Origin: an uncultured Chloroflexia bacterium
GTDB taxonomy: Bacteria > Chloroflexota > Chloroflexia > QHBQ01 > JADMIH01
NCBI GenBank assembly: GCA_963797095.1
Contig: CAWCNY010000006.1
Coordinates: forward strand, 448,001-512,000
Direction of reading: 5' to 3'
DNA length: 64,000 bases
Part shown: positions 39,079 to 48,370 of the stretch, one piece after another
Position numbering within the stretch: position 1 is the stretch's first letter
Layout: each line of letters starts with the position of its first letter
Translations under genes and position numbers: made by a program
Notes under the pieces: model-generated
What the model was told of the DNA's origin: nothing
Databases searched by the model: none
The model's input: only the letters and a program-made list of their open reading frames with translations

Positions 39079-40344
39079 TCAACTTATGAATATCCAGTTG
39101 GCAAACAGGCCCGCCATCACTATATAGAGACCAGCGGAGAAGTAAGCCAGGGGCTTGAAGCGCTTCTGGGTGGGAGTGATGAGCGCGAGCAAGATGAAGA
39201 TCGGGAAGGCAAGAAGCAGGCGGCGTGGTGAGTTTACTTCAGGGCGATCGACATAGACGTACATGGTGACGCTGAGGTTCATCAGGCCCAATGCTATCGA
39301 GAAAAGGGTGTGGGGTACCGAGCGCACCTTAATCGCCACTCCTGCCACCAGCACGATAGTCAGTATGGTGAAGAAGATATCCATCAGATTGAACGCGAGC
39401 AAGGTATTGTCGGGCTTGATCGCACCAAGCGCCTGGATCAGCGGCAACCCTGGGAAGTCGAGGCGTTGCGCCCCACCCACATCTGTTATACCCTGTATAG
39501 GAGTAGATATGAACAGATACCGGTAGACAAGGTAGGAGCCGGCAGCCAGTGGGCAGAGCAAAAGCCACGCACCCTGCGACAGCCCGCGTAGCGGGTGGTC
39601 GCGGCGATTGGGCCAGAACTGCTGCCAGAAGATATATGCCAGGGGCAGAATTATGGCGATGCCGGGCTGTTTGGTGCAGGCGGCGAGGCCCGATAGCAGT
39701 CCCGCCAGCCACCATTTACCCGTACGCGCATAGTAGAGCGCGCCTACCATTCCGGCCAACACGATGCTTTCGGTATACCCCATGAACAGGAAGAAAGATG
39801 CCGGGAATATGGCGGACCATATCACCGCCCGCCGCGCTACATCCGCTCCATAGTCCAGGTTTACCAGCCTGTAGAGAAAATAAAAGAAGAGGAGCGCGAA
39901 GAGGTTGGCGACCACCAGCGTGGACAACAGATAGTTGCCCATGAGAGGGAAACTGAAGAGCTTGACCAGGATCGGGTAGCCGGGATAGTAGGCGGTCTGC
40001 CAGCCGAGATCGCCGCTGTAGCCGTGCTGGGCGATTTCGACGTAATACCGGACATCGTAGATGTTCCAGACCCCGATGGTGTAGCCGTAGAGATCGCGGT
40101 CAGGCAGGACAACATCCGGATAATCGCGCCTGACGTGCTCGTGCGACGAATCGGGGGCAAAAGCCAGGATGGTAGCGCCCAGAATCGAGAGCGCGACACG
40201 TGATACCAGCCAGACCGTAAGCGCGAACCTGAGAGCGTCTTTCGCTGTGGATCGCTCCAGCGCAAGGGGGCCGGTGGTCGTTGTCCTACCGGTAGCGAGC
40301 GCAGCTACTGCTCCGGCACTGGATTGTGTGTTGGCTGCCTGCAA
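39079..40344 (-). CDS. PIG-V-like (GT-C) mannosyltransferase family membrane protein
   Basis: WNIYDVRYYVEIAQHGY, AYYPGYP, FPASFFLFMGYTES. Confidence 0.85.
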   Translation of the reverse strand: MQAANTQSSAGAVAALATGRTTTTGPLALERSTAKDALRFALTVWLVSRVALSILGATILAFAPDSSHEHVRRDYPDVVLPDRDLYGYTIGVWNIYDVRYYVEIAQHGYSGDLGWQTAYYPGYPILVKLFSFPLMGNYLLSTLVVANLFALLFFYFLYRLVNLDYGADVARRAVIWSAIFPASFFLFMGYTESIVLAGMVGALYYARTGKWWLAGLLSGLAACTKQPGIAIILPLAYIFWQQFWPNRRDHPLRGLSQGAWLLLCPLAAGSYLVYRYLFISTPIQGITDVGGAQRLDFPGLPLIQALGAIKPDNTLLAFNLMDIFFTILTIVLVAGVAIKVRSVPHTLFSIALGLMNLSVTMYVYVDRPEVNSPRRLLLAFPIFILLALITPTQKRFKPLAYFSAGLYIVMAGLFANWIFIS

Positions 40345-40616
40345 ATTACTCTTCCATCAGGAGTACGGCGGATTCCGACATAGTCATTATAGAAGAGCCT
40401 GCGGCTGGTGTAATTCGCAAAATGGTACTGTTATCAGATGCTTTTGGTACTAACCACTCGATTATGGCGCATGCTGCGATTTCCACACGTTGTTCGTGCT
40501 ATGATGCTGCTGGTATAATCTGGATGCGGCCGGTGCGCCGCGATTTGTGTCCGGTCCATGCCAATGCGGGACGATACACGCAAGCGTTGTGGATCGGGAG
40601 TATAGGAGGCGGCTGT

Positions 40617-41429
40617 TTGCAGGCGTTACAGAGGTTTGAGGAACTTGTAGAGCGGGTAATGGAAGGTTCGTTTGCGCGCCTGTTCCGCAGTCCCATCCAG
40701 CCTGCCGAGATCGCCAAGAGGTTAGAGCGCGAGATGGAGGCGCACCCTACCATAAGCGTGGGGAGAACCTACGTGCCTAACCACTATGTGGTTACGCTCC
40801 ACCCGGAGGACTTCGCAGAGTTCGAGCCGTTCCGCCACTCGCTTGAGCACAACATGGCCGAGTTCGTCTCTGACCTCGCGGCAGAGCGGGGGTACGCACT
40901 GGTGGCACGCCCCAAAGTGAACTTGCAGGCGGGCACAGGGGTCCACAAGCGAGGCATCGAGGTTGAGGCCAGCCTGAGCGACCAACCCGCTTCGTCGCTG
41001 GCGGGCACTACGCGCATCGGGCAGAAGCCGAAGGCCGAAGGGGATAGCGAGCCAATCGAGCGCACGCACGCCATGCCGCGCGTCCAGGCAAGCCGAGGAC
41101 CGGCAAATCCTGTTGCCCAGCAGGTAGCGCAAGCCCCACCCCCGGCCTCACTCAGCCCTCTGGTGGGTGACCTGGCTGGACGCGAGTTCAATATCAGCAA
41201 AACCCTGCTTGCCATAGGTCGCGGCCTGGACAATGACCTCGTGATCGATGACCCGCGAGTGTCGAGGCACCACGCTCAGGTAACGTTTCGGCACGGTCAC
41301 TATCTGCTACGCGACCTGCGATCCACCAACGGCACCTTCGTGAACGGGCAAACTGTGGAAGCGGTAGTGCTGGCATCCGGCGATCTGGTTTCGATTGGCG
41401 GCTTTGAGTTGGTTTTCAATCAAACGTAG
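40617..41429 (+). CDS. fhaA: FhaA-like protein (DUF3662 + FHA)
   Basis: FARLFRSPIQPAEIAKRLEREM...VPNHY; IGRG...VSRHHA...DLRSTNGTFVNG; TTG at 40617 after GGAGG. Confidence 0.88.
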   Translation: MQALQRFEELVERVMEGSFARLFRSPIQPAEIAKRLEREMEAHPTISVGRTYVPNHYVVTLHPEDFAEFEPFRHSLEHNMAEFVSDLAAERGYALVARPKVNLQAGTGVHKRGIEVEASLSDQPASSLAGTTRIGQKPKAEGDSEPIERTHAMPRVQASRGPANPVAQQVAQAPPPASLSPLVGDLAGREFNISKTLLAIGRGLDNDLVIDDPRVSRHHAQVTFRHGHYLLRDLRSTNGTFVNGQTVEAVVLASGDLVSIGGFELVFNQT

Positions 41430-41430
41430 A

Positions 41431-41538
41431 AGTGACGAGTAACGAGTGACAAGTGATTGTGCTCACTCATGAACGCCTAACGCTCAACTCGTCACTCGTC
41501 ACTCGTCACTCGTCACTCGTCACTCGTCACTCGTCACT
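41431..41538. repeat. Inverted pair of heptamer tandem arrays (AGTGACG)n ... (CTCGTCA)n
   Basis: About 4 forward and 7 reverse-complement copies between fhaA and fhaB. Confidence 0.88.
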
Positions 41539-41542
41539 TATC

Positions 41543-42001
41543 ATGCCAAGTTCGCAAAATCTGCCTTTTGACATATTCATCTTGGGGTTGAGGATCGCGT
41601 TTATCGTGCTTATCTACCTCTTCTTGTTCCAGATAATGCGGGTTGTGGTACGCGATTTACGGCAAGGAGTGTCGGTGGAAGCACCATCGGCAAAATCCCG
41701 GTACGGGAAACTGGTGATTGTTGAGCCGGGAAAGAGCAGGCTAGCGCCTGGCACGACTTTTACACTACAAGCAGTAACTTCGCTGGGGAGAAAGGCCAGC
41801 AACAGCATCGTTCTTGACGACGATTTCGTGTCGAGCGAGCATTCGCTGATCAGCTGGCGCGATGGCAGAACCTGGCTGGAGGACGTGGCGTCCACCAATG
41901 GCACGTTCCTCAACAACGGGGAAGTGACGCGTCCGGTGGCGGTCTCCGAGGGAGATATCATAGGGATCGGCGGCGTGCGTCTGAAATGGACGGAAGGATA
42001 G
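41543..42001 (+). CDS. fhaB: FhaB-like membrane FHA protein
   Basis: N-terminal TM (LRIAFIVLIYLFL), LGRK...VSSEHS...DVASTNGTFLN. Confidence 0.85.
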   Translation: MPSSQNLPFDIFILGLRIAFIVLIYLFLFQIMRVVVRDLRQGVSVEAPSAKSRYGKLVIVEPGKSRLAPGTTFTLQAVTSLGRKASNSIVLDDDFVSSEHSLISWRDGRTWLEDVASTNGTFLNNGEVTRPVAVSEGDIIGIGGVRLKWTEG

Positions 42002-42014
42002 GATAGGCAGGAAC

Positions 42015-44390
42015 ATGGATAGAGACGATTTCGACCCACAATGGCCCCAGAGGCCTGAAAACGACCGGCCTGCCCCACAATCGTCGCGGCCCAGGCTGGA
42101 TCCACCGCCCGCGCCCTCAAACTGGACCTCGCACCCCGCCCAGAGCGCCGCCGAGCGGACTCAGTACCAGGAGACAGACGAGGCAAAGGCTACACGCGCC
42201 ATCCCCCTGACTGGGGCATCCAGATTTGCCAGGCCGAACAGCGGAGCGCAGCCTGCGGCCCGGCCAGCTCCGCCAACCACAACTCCGGTTGCGCCTTCGA
42301 CCGGGCAAAGCACCGCGCCTCCACAGGGTCAGCCCCAGGCCCAGCCCAGGCCCGCTCCCCGCTGGCAGGACGAGGGTTACAGCAGCAACGGACCCTACCA
42401 GGACCCCACGATCCGGTACAATCCTTCGGCGAACGGCCAGGATAGCAGATATAGTCAGGCTGCCCCACGCCAAAAGGCCCCCGCGCAACAGCAGCAATAT
42501 GTGCAAACTCCCCGCGCCAAAGTGGATCCCAGCAAGAGCTTCCTGTCGGTTGAGATCGAGGGAGCCAAGCGCCGTCGCTTCGGCGCACTCATTCTGTGGC
42601 TATTGGCGGGCATAATCCTGATAGCGCTGATAGGTGGGACCGCATTCGCGCTCGCCTGGCAGGGCCAGTATTCGGGGAAGATCTACGCCGGGGTACATGC
42701 GCTGGGGATTGACCTGGGTGGTAAGACACCCGATGAGGCCAAGAAGCTGCTGCATGACAAAATAGCTGCCTTTTCGAGCGCGCCTGTGGTACTGACCTGG
42801 ACCGGCAAAGAGTGGAAGCCCGGCCTGGACGACCTGGGGATCAGCATAGGGATTGACGATACAGCCAATGAAGCGTTCAAGGTCGGACGCGACGCCGATT
42901 TCTTCGGGAGCATCGCGGACCAGTGGACCTCTGCTCAATCCGGCTGGCAGGTGGGGTTGACGGTGGAATTGAACGAGCCTGACCTACAGGCATACCTTGA
43001 CAACATAGCCCAGACCGAGATCAACCAGGACCTGTTCGAGGGAGATATCCGGCTCAACGGCACCGAGATAGAGGCCCTCCCAGGCAAGGAAGGTCGCACC
43101 CTCGACACTTACAAAGCCATCGGCATGATACGCAATGTGGTGGCGAAACTGGAGGGCGGGCAGAAGATAGAACTACCTGTTACCGTAGTGCAGCCAACCG
43201 TGTCGGCGGCGGAAGTGACGGATGTGCAGAAGCAACTGGCGATCCGCATCAGCCAACCTATCGTGGCGAAGACCCTCGACAAAGAATTCACCCTGGACCA
43301 GGATGCCATAATCCGCTTCACAACAATCGAGCGCAATCCCGACCGCTCTGCTGCTCACCACATCACCCTGGGCTGGATAGACCCGCAACTGAAGATTCTG
43401 GCCGATACCTGGGTTTCGCAGGCCAACCGCCCCGTAATCAACGCGCGTTTCGCCTGGCAAAACGGCGCTGTGGCCGTGCTGACCGAGTCGGTGAACGGCT
43501 TTGAAACCGACAGCGACACCGTGATCAAGGCCATCAAGGAGCACGCCGACAAGGCCGATGGCCGCCAGTTTGACCTGCCCGGCAACACCGTAGAGCCTAC
43601 GGTATCGAGCAAAGACCTTCCCTCACTGGGGATTACCGAGCTTATGGGTACGGGCACTTCCACCTTCAAAGGCTCCTCCCAGGAGAGAGCCACCAATATC
43701 AGGGTGGCTGCCAATCTGCTGAACGGCGCGGTCGTGCCGCCCGGCGGCACATTCTCGTTCTTGCAAACTATGGGCGGGATTGACGAAGCGCATGGCTTCG
43801 TCGAAGGCTACGTGATAGCCGCCGAGAGGACGCAGTTGGGCGTTGGCGGCGGTGTGTGCCAGGTCAGTACAACCATGTTCAGGGCGGCCTTCTACAGCGC
43901 CATGGATATTACCGAGCGCAACGAGCATGCTTACCGCGTGAGCTGGTACGAGGCGAATGGCGAACCTGTGGGGTTCGACGCGGCTGTATTCGATCCTGGC
44001 GTAGACTTGAAGTTTGTGAACACCGGTCCGCACTTTATCCTGATCGAAGCCGTAGCTGGCACCGACCTGCTCACTATAAACATATACGGCACAAAAACAG
44101 CGAGCGAGGTGAAGCTCGAAGGGCCGGCAATCACCGACCGCAAGCCCGCCCCACCAGATGTATACGAAGTTGACTCGCGACTGCCGCCCGGCACCAAGAA
44201 GCAAGTGGAAACAGCACATTCCGGCCTCACCACCGACATCACCCGCCGGATTATCACTCCCGGCCAGCCCGACAAGGTGGACGATTTCATCAGCACATAC
44301 CAGCCCTGGCCGAATTGGTTTATCGTGGCATCCGAGTCGCAAATTCCAGGTGGCGCTACGGTGTCACCGCAGCCCACGCCCAACCCGTGA
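42015..44390 (+). CDS. VanW family protein with PG-binding repeats and a disordered cytoplasmic N-terminus
   Basis: RATNI, VPPGGTFSF, GGGVCQVSTTMF, ERNEH, GFDAAV. Confidence 0.9.
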   Translation: MDRDDFDPQWPQRPENDRPAPQSSRPRLDPPPAPSNWTSHPAQSAAERTQYQETDEAKATRAIPLTGASRFARPNSGAQPAARPAPPTTTPVAPSTGQSTAPPQGQPQAQPRPAPRWQDEGYSSNGPYQDPTIRYNPSANGQDSRYSQAAPRQKAPAQQQQYVQTPRAKVDPSKSFLSVEIEGAKRRRFGALILWLLAGIILIALIGGTAFALAWQGQYSGKIYAGVHALGIDLGGKTPDEAKKLLHDKIAAFSSAPVVLTWTGKEWKPGLDDLGISIGIDDTANEAFKVGRDADFFGSIADQWTSAQSGWQVGLTVELNEPDLQAYLDNIAQTEINQDLFEGDIRLNGTEIEALPGKEGRTLDTYKAIGMIRNVVAKLEGGQKIELPVTVVQPTVSAAEVTDVQKQLAIRISQPIVAKTLDKEFTLDQDAIIRFTTIERNPDRSAAHHITLGWIDPQLKILADTWVSQANRPVINARFAWQNGAVAVLTESVNGFETDSDTVIKAIKEHADKADGRQFDLPGNTVEPTVSSKDLPSLGITELMGTGTSTFKGSSQERATNIRVAANLLNGAVVPPGGTFSFLQTMGGIDEAHGFVEGYVIAAERTQLGVGGGVCQVSTTMFRAAFYSAMDITERNEHAYRVSWYEANGEPVGFDAAVFDPGVDLKFVNTGPHFILIEAVAGTDLLTINIYGTKTASEVKLEGPAITDRKPAPPDVYEVDSRLPPGTKKQVETAHSGLTTDITRRIITPGQPDKVDDFISTYQPWPNWFIVASESQIPGGATVSPQPTPNP

Positions 44391-44420
44391 TGTCGATGCA
44401 TCCGGCATACCGAGTGCTTT

Positions 44421-44454
44421 TGAGGCAGGCTTACGAGTTTGCCTCATTTTCTTT
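44421..44454 (+). terminator. Rho-independent terminator
   Basis: TGAGGCAGGCT-TACG-AGTTTGCCTCA-TTTTCTTT. Confidence 0.7.
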
Positions 44455-44547
44455 GGTGCGGCGTAATGGGGTTGGGTCGTTGACCGTCAGGATGTTGTGA
44501 TAGTTAGTGCAGCACCCGACATAAAACACAATTTGGGAGGTAATCCA

Positions 44548-45033
44548 ATGACAACCGAAGAGCGCAAAGAGAAGCTAGGCATATATGGCAAGGCGTACGA
44601 CGAACTGGTGCGGGGGTTAGCGAAGTTCCCACGCGAGATGTGGAGCTACAGGTCGGAGGTGGACCCCTGGACAATCCAAGAGATAATAGTGCATATAACC
44701 GACAGCGAGGCGAACAGCTACGTACGATGTCGCAAGTTCATCGCCGAGCCTGGCTCTACCGTGGCCGCCTATGACGAGCCAACCTGGGCGAAGGTCCTCA
44801 ACTATGAAGAGCAGAGCACCGACGATGCGATTGAACTTTTCAGATGGCTGAGAGGCAACTCATACAAGCTGGTCAAAGATCTTCCAGAGAGTGTATGGGC
44901 CAACACGATCTACCATCCGGAAAACGGCACCATGACCCTGGACGACTGGCTCGATATCTACACAGCACACGTGAGAGACCATCTGGAACAGGCAGGTCGT
45001 ATCTACGAGGAGTGGCAAGAGCGTGATACATGA
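44548..45033 (+). CDS. DinB/YfiT family protein
   Basis: WTIQEIIVHITDSE...HVRDHLEQ; ATG at 44548 after GGAGG. Confidence 0.85.
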   Translation: MTTEERKEKLGIYGKAYDELVRGLAKFPREMWSYRSEVDPWTIQEIIVHITDSEANSYVRCRKFIAEPGSTVAAYDEPTWAKVLNYEEQSTDDAIELFRWLRGNSYKLVKDLPESVWANTIYHPENGTMTLDDWLDIYTAHVRDHLEQAGRIYEEWQERDT

Positions 45034-45044
45034 TAGGTGGGGAT

Positions 45045-45106
45045 GAGTGACAAGTGACGAGTATGCAGCGGCAGTAGGTCACGTATCACGTATCACGTAT
45101 CACGTT
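45045..45106. repeat. Heptamer repeats (GAGTGAC-like, then (TCACGTA)n)
   Basis: Four TCACGTA copies before the kbl promoter region. Confidence 0.8.
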
Positions 45107-45180
45107 CCTGTCCTCAACACCCACTCTGTGATAGAATTAAGCGCCTGCAAAATGGTAATGTCCAAAAAGGAGGCTATGAC

Positions 45181-46362
45181 ATGCAAGCAACGTTGCGCGC
45201 TCGTCTCGAAGGTGAGATAGAGAGCCTGAAACAGAAGGGGATGTTCCGCCAACTGCGGGTGGTTGATGGAAAAGAGATGGCTGTATGCGTGATTGACGGT
45301 AAAAAGGTGATCAACCTGTCGTCGAATAACTATCTGGGGCTGACCACCCACCCCAAACTTATGGAAGCAGCCAAACATGCCATCGATACACACGGAGTTG
45401 GTACTGCGGCGGTGCGTACAATCATCGGCACGATGGATATACACCAGGAGTTAGAGGAGCGGCTGGCGAAGTTCAAGCATACAGAGGCCACCCTCACTTT
45501 CCAATCGGGGTTCGCCTCCAACCAGGGGATCATCCAGGCTCTCATGGAGGATGGCGACGCCATAGTCTCGGACGAGCTAAACCATGCGTCCATCATAGAT
45601 GGCATCAGGCTGTCGAAGGCGGATAGGTTCATATTCAGGCACGCCGATATGAACGACCTTGAGGATAAACTGAAGGCGGCGCAAGACCACCGCACCAGGC
45701 TTATTATCACTGATGGCGTGTTCAGCATGGATGGCGATATCGCCAAACTGCCGGAGATCGTGGAGCTTGCCGAGAGGCATGGAGCCGCCGTCTATGTCGA
45801 CGACGCGCACGCTTCAGGCGTACTGGGGCGCAACGGGCGAGGCTCAACCGATCACTTTGACCTGAACGGTCGTGTGGATATCCAGATCGGCACTTTTTCT
45901 AAGGCCATGGGCGCGCAGGGTGGCTATGTCGCAGGCATCCAGCCGTTGCGCGACTTCCTGATCCACAGGGCCCGTACCATGCTCTTCTCCAACGCTCTCC
46001 CTCCAAGTGTAATTGCGACCTGCATAGCGGCTATCGATGTGCTGGAAACTGAGCCTGAGCGCATCGACACGCTGTGGGAGAACACCAGGTATTTCAAGGG
46101 CGCGCTGAAGAAACTGGGATTCGATATCGGCGAGAGCATCACGCCTATTACGCCTGTAATCGCGGGTAGCGGGGCGCTAGCCTTCCAACTGAGCGACCGC
46201 CTGTTCCAGGAAGGCGTATTCGCCCAGGGGATCGGTTATCCAACTGTGCCGGAGGCGAAGAGCCGCGTTCGCACCATAGTAACGGCTGCGCACACGAAGG
46301 AGAATCTGGACGCGGCAATCGCGGCGTTCGAGAAAATAGGCAGGGAGTTGGCCCTTATCTAA
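45181..46362 (+). CDS. kbl: Glycine C-acetyltransferase / 8-amino-7-oxononanoate synthase (class II PLP aminotransferase)
   Basis: [40 protein letters not shown]. Confidence 0.85.
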   Translation: MQATLRARLEGEIESLKQKGMFRQLRVVDGKEMAVCVIDGKKVINLSSNNYLGLTTHPKLMEAAKHAIDTHGVGTAAVRTIIGTMDIHQELEERLAKFKHTEATLTFQSGFASNQGIIQALMEDGDAIVSDELNHASIIDGIRLSKADRFIFRHADMNDLEDKLKAAQDHRTRLIITDGVFSMDGDIAKLPEIVELAERHGAAVYVDDAHASGVLGRNGRGSTDHFDLNGRVDIQIGTFSKAMGAQGGYVAGIQPLRDFLIHRARTMLFSNALPPSVIATCIAAIDVLETEPERIDTLWENTRYFKGALKKLGFDIGESITPITPVIAGSGALAFQLSDRLFQEGVFAQGIGYPTVPEAKSRVRTIVTAAHTKENLDAAIAAFEKIGRELALI

Positions 46363-46403
46363 CATCGATCCGGGCCTATGAGGGTTCGCAGTGGCACAAT
46401 CTG

Positions 46404-46458
46404 GTTATAAAACAAAGCAAATCGGCGGTGAAGCCGCCGATTTGCTTTGTTTTATAAC
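46404..46458. repeat. Palindrome, GGCGG-core family (25 bp stem)
   Basis: GTTATAAAACAAAGCAAATCGGCGG-TGAAG-CCGCCGATTTGCTTTGTTTTATAAC. Confidence 0.85.
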
Positions 46459-46653
46459 GTCTCTCCCCAAAAGGATTACGCAATGTTCCTATGTGTTAAT
46501 AGGACTAACATCATATTGCTCAATGTTACATTATTGCCCTATATATGATCAGGAGACTTGTATGGGGCGTATTGATGCAGTGATTAAAATAGCCCCCAAG
46601 GTTTATTAACGTCTATCATTGACGAATCGTTATCTGATTAGTGTTGGAGATAA

Positions 46654-47700
46654 ATGATGAATGTTGATTTAGATACAGGGCGAATATATCGCACTCTGGT
46701 TGAGACATCACCGGATGCCATAATACTGATCGCACCGAACGGCACGATCATACTGGGTAATGATCAGGCTGCATTGTTGCACGGTCTCAAAAGCGCATCC
46801 GACCTGCCCGGCCAGAATGTGTTTACGCTAATCGCACACGAAGAGCACGCCCAGGCTATGGAGCGGCTTGGCAAAGCAATAGAATTAGGAAGCATCAGGA
46901 ATGTAGAGCATACCCTCTTGCGAGTAGATGGCTCGCGTTTTCCGGCAGAGTTGAGCATTTCGGCAATAAGAAACTCGGATGGTAAGCCGGAAGCATTCAT
47001 TGGGATCGTGCGCGATATTACCGAGCGCAAATCGGCCCAGGAGCAGATAAAGCGTCTTCTGGATGACCTTCGCTCGACCAATGAAGAGCTTTCTCAATCG
47101 TATGATGCCACCCTCGCAGGTTGGATCGCCGCGCTCGACTTGCGCGACCACGAAACCGAAGGGCATAGTTGGCGGGTTACCGAAATGGCAGTGCAATTGG
47201 GTCGCCGTATGGGGATCGAGGGTGAAGCCCTGACGCACCTGAAGCGCGGCGCATTGCTTCATGATATCGGCAAGATGGGGATCCCCGATGCGGTTCTCCT
47301 CAAGCCCGGCCCCCTGACGAATGAGGAATGGGACATCATGAGACTCCACCCCGTCTATGCCTATGAGTGGCTCTCATCGATCAACTTCCTCAGCCCCGCG
47401 CTTGAGATACCCTATTGCCACCACGAACGGTGGGATGGCACAGGCTACCCGCGTGGCTTGAAAGGCGAGGATATACCCGTTGCGGCTCGCATCTTTGCGG
47501 TAGTAGACGTGTGGGATGCCCTCAGGTCCGACAGGCCGTATCGCCCGGCCCTCCCTGAGAGCAACACCCGCGAATACATCCGCTCCCAGGGCGGTAAGCA
47601 ATTCGACTCGAAGGTGGTTGAAGCCTTCCTGAATATGAACCTCAGCATGTACGACATGCCAGCTACAACCGAGAATATCCACGCTATGTCGGTCGCTTAG
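46654..47700 (+). CDS. PAS + HD-GYP phosphodiesterase
   Basis: RDITERK, ETEGHS, LHDIGK, HHERWDGTGYP, DRPYR. Confidence 0.93.
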   Translation: MMNVDLDTGRIYRTLVETSPDAIILIAPNGTIILGNDQAALLHGLKSASDLPGQNVFTLIAHEEHAQAMERLGKAIELGSIRNVEHTLLRVDGSRFPAELSISAIRNSDGKPEAFIGIVRDITERKSAQEQIKRLLDDLRSTNEELSQSYDATLAGWIAALDLRDHETEGHSWRVTEMAVQLGRRMGIEGEALTHLKRGALLHDIGKMGIPDAVLLKPGPLTNEEWDIMRLHPVYAYEWLSSINFLSPALEIPYCHHERWDGTGYPRGLKGEDIPVAARIFAVVDVWDALRSDRPYRPALPESNTREYIRSQGGKQFDSKVVEAFLNMNLSMYDMPATTENIHAMSVA

Positions 47701-47709
47701 TACATAATC

Positions 47710-47766
47710 GCGTTATAAAATAGATAGATTGGCGGTCAAGCCGCCAATCTATCTATTTTATAACGC
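47710..47766. repeat. Palindrome, GGCGG-core family (26 bp stem)
   Basis: GCGTTATAAAATAGATAGATTGGCGG-TCAAG-CCGCCAATCTATCTATTTTATAACGC. Confidence 0.85.
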
Positions 47767-47862
47767 CTATACCTGTTTGGAGAGGAGATCAGCAAACGCG
47801 CACAGGCACGAGGCATGCTATAATAGCTGCAAGGCATAAGCCACACCCTGAAGGAGGCCAAG

Positions 47863-48087
47863 ATGCAAGTAACCCTGGAAAAGAACGAGGTTGCCACTTT
47901 GCTCAACGCACTCAATTCCTATATTCAGCAACTGCGCGAGGAGATCGGCAAGACCGAGAATTACGATATGAAAGAAGGTTTGAAGACGGAATACGGCACG
48001 TTGGCCGGTCTGGTCACCAAACTTGGCGGTACCCTAACCAGCGATACTCCCGACTTGGGGGCAGATAATCCGCCCTGGGGCGGATGA
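47863..48087 (+). CDS. Small hypothetical coiled-coil protein
   Basis: AAGGAGG RBS, TGCTATAAT extended -10 upstream, 74 aa. Confidence 0.75.
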   Translation: MQVTLEKNEVATLLNALNSYIQQLREEIGKTENYDMKEGLKTEYGTLAGLVTKLGGTLTSDTPDLGADNPPWGG

Positions 48088-48160
48088 TAGATCGAATAGG
48101 AGCGGAACTGAGTTATCCCTGCTCTATATGCAGGATCGCAGATATTTGATCTGGTTCTAA

Positions 48161-48354
48161 AATAAACATGGGTCATCCCGAATTTTAGATTCAGCTTCGC
48201 AGGCGCGCAATCTGGTTCTAAAACAAGCAAAATGGCGGCTCAGCCGCCATTTTGCTTGTTTTAGAAAGCCCCCCAAAATGTTGGGGTGGGGTCGTTGACT
48301 GTTCCCAATCTGTTGTATGCACGAATTTAAAATTCGGGATGACCCATGTTTATT
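48161..48354. mobile_element. MITE-like element: 32 bp terminal inverted repeats enclosing a GGCGG-core palindrome
   Basis: 48161-48192 matches the reverse complement of 48323-48354 at 31/32 positions; internal palindrome at 48216-48266. Confidence 0.55.
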
Positions 48355-48370
48355 ATGGTGGCTCGGAAAA

